This document shows positions 1-6,424 of a DNA stretch of 29,430 bases, piece by piece. Source of the stretch: a virus (taxonomy: Duplodnaviria > Caudoviricetes); IMG/VR virus record IMGVR_UViG_3300011339_000613, positions 1-29,430 of that record, one strand, 5' to 3'. How positions within the stretch are numbered: position 1 is the first letter of the stretch; each line of letters opens with the position of its first letter. The position numbers and the translations under genes are program-made. A model generated the notes under the pieces. It had not been told where the DNA came from. It did not search any database and worked only from the letters and a program-made list of their open reading frames with translations.

Positions 1-2
1 CA

Positions 3-404
3 GCCTTGCCAAAACTGCCCAATATGGATGGGTGGCACCTTTGCTGGCTTTCGACAACCAACAGCTACGACTCCATCGATAAGCGGATTCGCCTAGGGTA
101 CGTTCCAGTTAAATCTGAAGAGTTACCCGGCTATGAAGACTATCGCGTGAAGGCGGGAGAACATGTTGGCTATATCTCATGTAACGAAATGTTACTGTTC
201 AAGTTACCAATGGATGTTTTTCAAGAGATCATGCTCCATCATCATTACGACCAACCTCGTGAAGAAGCTGAGAAACTGCGTGTTCAATTGGAAAGCTTGC
301 AAGGTCAACGTGACAGCAACGGTAAGCGACTTGTGGATGTCGAGGGCGAAGGTCTTGGTAATTTTGATCAACAGCCAAGCAAAACACCCGTATTTTCGGG
401 TTAA
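3..404 (+). CDS. Conserved hypothetical phage head-module protein (5'-truncated by window edge)
   Basis: The frame is open from the left edge, so the TTG at 6 is probably not the real start. GWHLCWLSTTN..DKR..LGY.PVK resembles proteins found two genes upstream of the capsid gene in this phage type (recalled, not searched). Confidence 0.7.
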   Translation, partial: ALPKLPNMDGWHLCWLSTTNSYDSIDKRIRLGYVPVKSEELPGYEDYRVKAGEHVGYISCNEMLLFKLPMDVFQEIMLHHHYDQPREEAEKLRVQLESLQGQRDSNGKRLVDVEGEGLGNFDQQPSKTPVFSG

Positions 405-419
405 CCCAAGGAGTTTAAT

Positions 420-1034
420 ATGAGTTCTACCTCTGCTCCGTTCGGCTTGCGCCCCGCGTTCCACCCTTCTGGTCTGGATCGCGCTCAGGCGTTGGCAAAC
501 GGTATCGTCTCTGGTTATGCCACAGACATCTTAAAAGGCGCACCTGTGCGCTATAACAGCACTGCTGGTACATCCGTAGCCGCTGGTACTATCACTAACG
601 CCGCCTCTGGTGGTGCATGGTCTGGTGCTTTCGCTGGCGTCGAATATACCGACACTACTGGTCGTCGTCGTGTCAGCAACTACTGGCCTGCCAGCACAAC
701 CTTTCAAACAGGTTCATGCGTGGCTTATTTCTACAACGATCAAAACATCGTTTATGAAATCCAGTCTGATGCAACTATTGCCCAAACATCTTTGGGTGGT
801 GAGTATGACTTCTCTGCCGCTACTGGCTTCACAGTTACTTCTGGTTCTAACGTGACTGGTCTGTCTACGACAGGTCTGGGCGTGTCTACAGCCAAAGCTA
901 ACGGTGCTCAAGGTCAAATGCGTGTCGTTGATATCGCTCCTTATGTGGACAATAACTGGGGTGATTCCTTTGTTATCGTTCGTGTTGTTAACGCTCAGTC
1001 TCAGTACTTCGGTTCTGTGACAGCAATTGTTTAA
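420..1034 (+). CDS. Putative capsid-associated structural protein (decoration/cement-like)
   Basis: AGGAG RBS at about 409-413. N-terminal APFGLRP motif, beta-rich Ser/Thr/Gly/Ala composition, immediately upstream of the capsid gene. Confidence 0.65.
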   Translation: MSSTSAPFGLRPAFHPSGLDRAQALANGIVSGYATDILKGAPVRYNSTAGTSVAAGTITNAASGGAWSGAFAGVEYTDTTGRRRVSNYWPASTTFQTGSCVAYFYNDQNIVYEIQSDATIAQTSLGGEYDFSAATGFTVTSGSNVTGLSTTGLGVSTAKANGAQGQMRVVDIAPYVDNNWGDSFVIVRVVNAQSQYFGSVTAIV

Positions 1035-1047
1035 GGAGGACTAAAAA

Positions 1048-1965
1048 ATGGCCGCTCCAATGCGCAGTACCGACTTTCGGTCTATTGTTGAACCCATTCT
1101 GAATGAGTGCTTTGATGGTGTATACGATCAACGTGCCGACGAATGGAGCCGTGTTTTCCGTGAGGAAGACGGCATCCCACGTAACTACCACGAAGAACCC
1201 GTCTTGTACGGTTTCGGTGCGGCTCCACAGTTGCCTGACGGCACTCCTGTGACGTACCAACAAGGTGGTGTGTTATTCCTCAAGCGTTACGTGTACAAGG
1301 TATACGGTTTGGCATTTGCTTTGACCAAAGTTTTGGTTGAAGACGGTGATCACATCCGTATCGGTCAAGTTTACGCTCGCCACTTGGCTCAATCTTTGGT
1401 GGAAACCAAAGAGTTGTTGTCTGCTAACGTGTTGAACCTCGCCTTCACTGGTGGTGCTTCAGCAGGTGGCGACGGCGTGTCATTGGTTAACACTGCTCAC
1501 CCAATCGTGAACGGTACTTTCAGCAACCAATTGGCTACATCTGCCAACTTGTCCCAGACTTCTTTGGAACAAATGTTGATCCAGATCCGTCAAGCTGTTG
1601 ACAACAACGGTAAGAAGATTCGTTTGGTTCCACGTCAATTGATCGTGGCTCCCGGCAACATCTTCCAAGCTGAAGTTCTCTTGAAGTCCGTCTTGCGTAC
1701 AGGTAACGCAAACAACGACATCAACCCTGTCAAGTCCATCGGTTTGTTGGACGAAGGCGCGGCTGTTCTGTCACGTTTGTCTAGCCCTACAGCATGGTGG
1801 GTTCAGACTGACGCTCCTGAGGGCATGAAGCTCTTGATGCGTCGTCGTCTTGAGAAGACTATGGAAGGTGACTTCGAGACTGACTCTATGCGCTACAAAG
1901 CGACAGAGCGTTACGACGTTGGCTTCACAGATCCACGCGCCGTATACGGCACGGCTGGCGTCTAA
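1048..1965 (+). CDS. Major capsid protein (HK97 fold, Mu gpT-like family)
   Basis: Strong RBS (TAAGGAGG). 305 aa with GDGVSL..TAHP, P.QLIV.P, W.VQTD and C-terminal YKATERYDVGFTDPRAVYG motifs typical of this capsid family. Strongly biased codons, followed by a hairpin. Confidence 0.92.
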   Translation: MAAPMRSTDFRSIVEPILNECFDGVYDQRADEWSRVFREEDGIPRNYHEEPVLYGFGAAPQLPDGTPVTYQQGGVLFLKRYVYKVYGLAFALTKVLVEDGDHIRIGQVYARHLAQSLVETKELLSANVLNLAFTGGASAGGDGVSLVNTAHPIVNGTFSNQLATSANLSQTSLEQMLIQIRQAVDNNGKKIRLVPRQLIVAPGNIFQAEVLLKSVLRTGNANNDINPVKSIGLLDEGAAVLSRLSSPTAWWVQTDAPEGMKLLMRRRLEKTMEGDFETDSMRYKATERYDVGFTDPRAVYGTAGV

Positions 1966-1971
1966 ACCCAA

Positions 1972-1996
1972 GTGGGGGGTTCGCCCCCTGCGTTTT
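1972..1996 (+). terminator. Probable weak/leaky intrinsic terminator after the capsid gene
   Basis: GTGGGGGG-TTCG-CCCCCTGC stem-loop (two G-U pairs) followed by GTTTT. Confidence 0.65.
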
Positions 1997-2010
1997 AAGG
2001 AGAAAAGACA

Positions 2011-2460
2011 ATGGCACAAACCTATTTTGGTTCTACCCTGCGAGCAGGTTCTGGAACATTGACTGACACCACAGACGGCGGTTTCGTCGTCATGATGCAG
2101 ACAAGTACAGTGACTACTGTGGCGGCAGGTACAGCGGTGAGTGTTACTGAAGTTCTGCCTGCAAGTTCACAAATTCTTGAAATCTTTATTGATCAAGTTG
2201 TTGATGAAGTTGTCGGTGGCGGTACAGCAACATCTATTGCGGCAACAGTGGGAACAGCGGCGGCGGGTACTCAGTACATTTCGTCAACCAACGTTTTTGC
2301 TGGTGGTCGCGTCGCCCCTACATTAACTACAGCCCAACTCTTGGCAATGTCTGATATTGGCACTAACACCAATGTCGTATTGACAATTGCTCCCAACGGT
2401 ACGATCAGCACAACTCAAGGCGTTTATCGCATGACAATTGTGTATGCTCAGAAAGTCTAA
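2011..2460 (+). CDS. Putative capsid decoration/minor virion protein
   Basis: AAGGAG RBS. 149-aa Thr/Val/Gly-rich, beta-sandwich-like sequence directly after the capsid gene. Confidence 0.6.
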   Translation: MAQTYFGSTLRAGSGTLTDTTDGGFVVMMQTSTVTTVAAGTAVSVTEVLPASSQILEIFIDQVVDEVVGGGTATSIAATVGTAAAGTQYISSTNVFAGGRVAPTLTTAQLLAMSDIGTNTNVVLTIAPNGTISTTQGVYRMTIVYAQKV

Positions 2461-2471
2461 GGAGCACAATC

Positions 2472-3635
2472 ATGGGTCAATTTAAACCTATGGTCAAAAT
2501 GATGACCACTGAGCCTTCAGTTATTCTGAAGCTCAAAAAAGGTGGCAAAGTAGAGCATAAGATGGACGGTGGGTACATGCCCATGCAGTCAACTATGCCT
2601 GCTCAAGCCTTGCCTGTTGGAAAAGGCCCAGCAGGTCTTGGTCGGGATACTGCTTTTGCACCAGCGCCTATGAAGCCCTCTTTGGCGGCTCGTCGTAAAG
2701 CAATGATGGCAAAGCCTGCTACAAAGCCTGCTATGAGTCCTACACTTATGAAAAAAGGTGGTAAGGCTGATAAGCATGAAGACGCCGCTCAAGATCGTGC
2801 AATGATCAAGAAGGCTATGTCTGGCAAGAAGTTTGCAACTGGTGGCGTCGTCAACGGTCAAGGTGGCTTCAAAGATGGTGGCATCATCAAGTCAACCAAG
2901 GGCGAGACGAAAATGGTAACTTCCAAAGTTGACCACTCACCTGCCAAAACTGGCGGTGTGAAGTTGGGCAATGGCGGTGGTTATGCAACTGGTGGCGTTG
3001 CTAAGGCTAATGGCGGTGGCTACAAGATGGGTGGTTCAGCAAAAAAAGCCTACGCGACGGGGGGAACTGTTGATACAGGCAAGCCCGTCGCGATGCCCAA
3101 AAGACCAGCTTCAAAACCTGTAGCTAACAGCATGCAATCTGGCACCTTTGCTAAGGGTGGTAAGGTCGAAAAAGCGGAGAAACCAAACCTTCGCTTGATT
3201 AAAACCTACACTGGCCCTAAAGGACATGTAGCGAAAGTTTACAAGGATCGTGACTGGCAGGAGTACAGAACCAAGTTCTATACACCTGATGGTAAGTATC
3301 TAACTGAAGGCGACTCACACACTGATGACGCTGAAGATGCTCACTCAACAGCCAAGAACCAAGTAGAAAACTCTCGCTACAAGCATGGTGGCACAGCAAA
3401 GGGCTACAACAGTGGAAGCACCGTAGACGCATCAAAAGGCGCATACGAGAAATCCATTGGCCCTAGTGAGGAAGATATGGACATGGCGAAAGCCATCCGT
3501 AGCGTTCCGCGCAAGCTGTTTGAAGGTGCGAAGAGCATGATGGGTATGACCCCCAAGCCTGCTGGTAGTGTTACAAAGACTGAGAAATCAGTTACTGTGA
3601 CTCCTGCTGGCAAAAAGCGTGGTGGTGGTTGTTAA
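2472..3635 (+). CDS. Basic Lys/Gly/Met-rich protein with about 11-12 [FYML]xxGG-type motifs; putative internal head polyprotein
   Basis: AAGGAG RBS. Motifs LKKGG, KMDGG, MKKGG, FATGG, FKDGG, YATGG, YKMGG, YATGG, FAKGG, YKHGG, YNSGS, KKRGGGC*. The function is inferred. Confidence 0.75.
   Translation: MGQFKPMVKMMTTEPSVILKLKKGGKVEHKMDGGYMPMQSTMPAQALPVGKGPAGLGRDTAFAPAPMKPSLAARRKAMMAKPATKPAMSPTLMKKGGKADKHEDAAQDRAMIKKAMSGKKFATGGVVNGQGGFKDGGIIKSTKGETKMVTSKVDHSPAKTGGVKLGNGGGYATGGVAKANGGGYKMGGSAKKAYATGGTVDTGKPVAMPKRPASKPVANSMQSGTFAKGGKVEKAEKPNLRLIKTYTGPKGHVAKVYKDRDWQEYRTKFYTPDGKYLTEGDSHTDDAEDAHSTAKNQVENSRYKHGGTAKGYNSGSTVDASKGAYEKSIGPSEEDMDMAKAIRSVPRKLFEGAKSMMGMTPKPAGSVTKTEKSVTVTPAGKKRGGGC
3041..3092 (+). 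promoter_or_regulatory. Candidate -1 programmed ribosomal frameshift signal
   Basis: In-frame A AAA AAA (3041-3047), 5-nt spacer, then CGCGACGGG (3053-3061) perfectly complementary to CCCGTCGCG (3084-3092). The -1 frame reads SLRDGGNC* (TGA 3071-3073). Confidence 0.65.
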
Positions 3636-3640
3636 GTAAG

Positions 3641-3665
3641 GTGGGGGCTTCGGCTCCCACTTTTT
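3641..3665 (+). terminator. Rho-independent terminator
   Basis: GTGGGGGC-TTCG-GCTCCCAC stem with a cUUCGg tetraloop, followed by TTTTT. Confidence 0.88.
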
Positions 3666-3680
3666 ATCGGAGAATAAATT

Positions 3681-4085
3681 ATGGCTGATGCAGTTACAAG
3701 TCAAACGCTACTTGATGGTGAGCGTCTGGCAATCATGAAATTTACAAACATCAGTGACGGCACTGGTGAAACAGCAGTTACCAAAGTGAACGTAGCTAAC
3801 CTTGCGCCTAGCGCATCGGGTAAAGCTTGCACAGGCGTTACTATCAACAAAATTACTTCTGTGTGTCACGGTATGGAAGTTCGTATGTTATGGGACGCAA
3901 CAACAGACGTACCGTTTTTCTTAGGTACTGTCAACACCAACTACATGAATGACTTTTCAAATTTTGGTGGCATTACAAACAATGCAGGTGCAGGTAAGAA
4001 CGGAAACATCGTGTTCAGTACCGCTGACCAAAGCTTAGGCGATACATACACAGTTGTTCTTGAGATGGTCAAAACATACGCTTAA
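3681..4085 (+). CDS. Conserved hypothetical virion protein
   Basis: GGAG RBS. 134 aa starting MADAVTSQTLLDG..KFTNISDGTGE, beta-rich, in the structural operon. Confidence 0.65.
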   Translation: MADAVTSQTLLDGERLAIMKFTNISDGTGETAVTKVNVANLAPSASGKACTGVTINKITSVCHGMEVRMLWDATTDVPFFLGTVNTNYMNDFSNFGGITNNAGAGKNGNIVFSTADQSLGDTYTVVLEMVKTYA

Positions 4086-4087
4086 TC

Positions 4088-4606
4088 ATGCCAAGCAAGT
4101 CACCAGCCCAACATCGTTTGATGCAAGCCGCCGCCCACACTAAGGGTGGCTTTGGTGGCGTACCTCAAAAAGTTGGTAAAGAGTTTGTGCAAGCAGACAA
4201 AGGAAAAGCTATGAAAAAAGCTAACGGTGGCTCCACAAGCCCTTACGATTACGACAGCGACGTTGACTACTACCAAGCAATTGGTCGCCTCAAAGACGAG
4301 GATGGCGAGTCGCAAGAAGCACCTCGCATTAGCTCTGCTGTTTTAAACAAGCAGAAGACTATGCGTAGAAAGAACGCGGCGTCTAGTGCAATGTCTATGG
4401 CGGCTAAACGTGCTGGTGACAAAGACGCTGACAAAAAAGTTCAAGATCGATGGGGACGTCGTGAGATCTCTGAGTCTTTGAAAAGCAAAGCCAAAATGTC
4501 AAGAGCACCTCAAGCTGAAGGCTATCGCAAAGAGTGGTCTGAAAAGATCGGCAAAGGTAAACCCGCTCCATTCAAAACAGGTGGCAAGGCGAAGTCCTGC
4601 TGGTAA
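4088..4606 (+). CDS. Basic protein with KANGG/FKTGG motifs and C-terminal KSCW; putative internal head protein
   Basis: N-terminal MPSKSPAQHRLM.AAAH...GVPQKVGKEFV.AD module, then KANGG, an unrelated central segment, then FKTGGKAKSCW*. Confidence 0.7.
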   Translation: MPSKSPAQHRLMQAAAHTKGGFGGVPQKVGKEFVQADKGKAMKKANGGSTSPYDYDSDVDYYQAIGRLKDEDGESQEAPRISSAVLNKQKTMRRKNAASSAMSMAAKRAGDKDADKKVQDRWGRREISESLKSKAKMSRAPQAEGYRKEWSEKIGKGKPAPFKTGGKAKSCW

Positions 4607-4609
4607 CTC

Positions 4610-4786
4610 ATGAAACAAGGTCTATATGCAAACATTCATGCAAAACGTGAAAGAATCGCTAAAGGGTCTGGCGAGAAAATGCGCCGAGTTGGTAGCGAAG
4701 GTGCACCAACGGCTAAAGCCTTCAAGCAATCCGCCAGAACAGCCAAAATGAGTCACGGTGGCAAGATGACTAAGTCTTGCTGGTAA
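4610..4786 (+). CDS. Small basic protein (58 aa), not in ORF track; ends MSHGGKMTKSCW
   Basis: Read manually: MKQGLYANIHAKRERIAKGSGEKMRRVGSEGAPTAKAFKQSARTAKMSHGGKMTKSCW*. It fills the gap with 3-nt and 2-nt spacers and shares its C-terminus with the upstream gene. Confidence 0.85.
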   Translation: MKQGLYANIHAKRERIAKGSGEKMRRVGSEGAPTAKAFKQSARTAKMSHGGKMTKSCW

Positions 4787-4788
4787 TC

Positions 4789-5037
4789 ATGGCAAAGAAC
4801 CCTTCACTAGCTATTGGTCGTGGTGAGAAGCTCCCTGCAAAGCAAGGCGCTGGTTTGACGGCTAAAGGTCGAGCCAAGTATAACCGCGAGACAGGATCAA
4901 ATTTAAAGGCTCCACAACCGCAAGGAGGAGCGCGTAGAGACTCTTTCTGCGCGAGAATGGAGCCAGTCGCTGAGAAAAGCGAAAAAGGCAGTAGAGCGCG
5001 AGCTTCAATGCAACGGTGGAATTGCCCCGGTTGGTAA
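4789..5037 (+). CDS. Small basic conserved phage protein (82 aa; SFCARM...RWNC type)
   Basis: The ATG at 4789, 2 nt after the previous stop, is preferred to the TTG at 4777. GLTAKGRAKYN...NLKAP...RRDSFCARM...RWNC is a recurrent phage motif. Confidence 0.75.
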   Translation: MAKNPSLAIGRGEKLPAKQGAGLTAKGRAKYNRETGSNLKAPQPQGGARRDSFCARMEPVAEKSEKGSRARASMQRWNCPGW

Positions 5038-5047
5038 GGAATAAAAC

Positions 5048-6121
5048 ATGGCATACAGCGGCACAGTCGGTCAAACAGTCATCACGGTTCAAAACCTGAT
5101 TGACAACGGAGCACGTCGGTGCGGTAAGCTGGCTGAAGAGTTGACCTCTGAGCAAGTGTTGAGCGCAAAACAATCACTGTTTTTCGTTCTGAGCAACCTC
5201 ATCAACCAAGGTATTCAGTATTTCGCTATCAAGAAGTACGTATACGGGCTTCAGCCGAATCAATACGAGTACTTGCTACCAGTGGGTGGGAATGACGTTT
5301 TAAACGCCCTATACCGCTGGATGACGCAACCTACGGGTACGTACACGTCCTCAGCAGGTGGTACGGCGGCTAATGTTGCAGATCAAGATGTATCAACGTT
5401 TTGCCAACAGACTACCCCAAACGGGAACATTGTAGTTAACTACGGTGCTAACCAAGCGCAATACATCGGTTCTATTGGCATCATGCCCTATGTGGCTGGT
5501 GGTGGTAGCGCGACATGGAATTATTCGTTCCAAGCGTCTTCTGACAACGTTACATGGAAGACTTTGTACACTGGTACGAGCGTATCGGTGACGGATGGAC
5601 AGTGGATTTGGCAGGACATAGACCCCGGCGCTCAGACCCAGTACTACCGTATCGTTGCTTCTGGCGGTACGACTTTGGCTCTTCGTGAGTGGTACCTTGG
5701 AGTAAACTCCACTGAGATCACGATGGCTCGCTTGAATCGCGATGACTACACGAACCTACCAAACAAGAATTTCACAGCAAACCAGCCATTTCAGTTCTGG
5801 TTGAATCGCACAATTCCTCAGGCGACGATCACTTTGTGGCCTACTCCCCAGAGCGCGTTCTATCAAATGACCGTGTGGTATTCAGCCCAGATTCAAGACG
5901 TTGGTGCGTTGAATGGTCAATTGGCTATCCCTGATCGATGGATGTTGGCGATTCAGAGCATGCTAGCTCACCAGATGAGCTTGGAGTTGCCAAACGTTGA
6001 TCTAGCGCGTGTTCAGTATCTTGAAGGTCAAGCTGAGAAGTACTTCATCATGGCGGAGCAAGAGGAGCGTGACAAGTCGCCGATCTACTTTGCACCCAAT
6101 ATCGGTGTATACACAAGGTAA
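5048..6121 (+). CDS. Putative head-tail adaptor/head-completion protein with an inserted beta-sandwich (discoidin-like) domain
   Basis: Helical N-terminus (LIDNGARRCG...AKQSLFFVLSNLINQG), RDDYTNLPNK..P.QFW..R....ITLWPTP core and helical C-terminus. The central insert has SSDNVTWKTL and YYRIVA. Confidence 0.65.
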   Translation: MAYSGTVGQTVITVQNLIDNGARRCGKLAEELTSEQVLSAKQSLFFVLSNLINQGIQYFAIKKYVYGLQPNQYEYLLPVGGNDVLNALYRWMTQPTGTYTSSAGGTAANVADQDVSTFCQQTTPNGNIVVNYGANQAQYIGSIGIMPYVAGGGSATWNYSFQASSDNVTWKTLYTGTSVSVTDGQWIWQDIDPGAQTQYYRIVASGGTTLALREWYLGVNSTEITMARLNRDDYTNLPNKNFTANQPFQFWLNRTIPQATITLWPTPQSAFYQMTVWYSAQIQDVGALNGQLAIPDRWMLAIQSMLAHQMSLELPNVDLARVQYLEGQAEKYFIMAEQEERDKSPIYFAPNIGVYTR

Positions 6122-6124
6122 GTC

Positions 6125-6400
6125 ATGCCACGCTTTTTAAACACTGAAGGCAATGCATCGATTGGGATTTTTATTTGTGATCGGTGCAAGATGAAACGCG
6201 CCATCATTGAGGCGATGCCTGACCCCAATTTCCCCGGCTTAAAAGTGTGCCAACAAGGGTGTGCCGACAACAAAGATCCGTACCGTTTGCCTGCTCGCAA
6301 AACGGAGAGAATTACATTGCAATATCCACGTCCTGATGTATCATTGGACAATCTGAGCGGATCTGAAATCCCGTATGGCGGATCTGTTTTAGAACCCTGA
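6125..6400 (+). CDS. Small Cys-rich, probably Zn-binding, virion-module protein
   Basis: CDRC...VCQQGC with four Cys, and a C-terminal PRPD motif. Confidence 0.65.
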   Translation: MPRFLNTEGNASIGIFICDRCKMKRAIIEAMPDPNFPGLKVCQQGCADNKDPYRLPARKTERITLQYPRPDVSLDNLSGSEIPYGGSVLEP

Positions 6401-6424
6401 TCTGGGAGTTGATAAAGGAATAAC

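Noticed and set aside
2532-4440. Other A6 runs (about 2535, 2751, 4214, 4433) as frameshift sites
   Set aside because: They are in-frame AAA AAA preceded by C or G, so not X XXY YYZ heptamers, and I saw no comparable downstream stem.
4580-4791. Direct repeat as CRISPR array or attachment site
   Set aside because: Only two imperfect copies, both coding for shared protein C-termini. No cas or integrase gene is present.
4770-5173. Minus-strand ORFs (94 and 103 aa) and similar short alternative-frame ORFs throughout
   Set aside because: They overlap well-supported plus-strand genes and lack RBSs and recognisable motifs.
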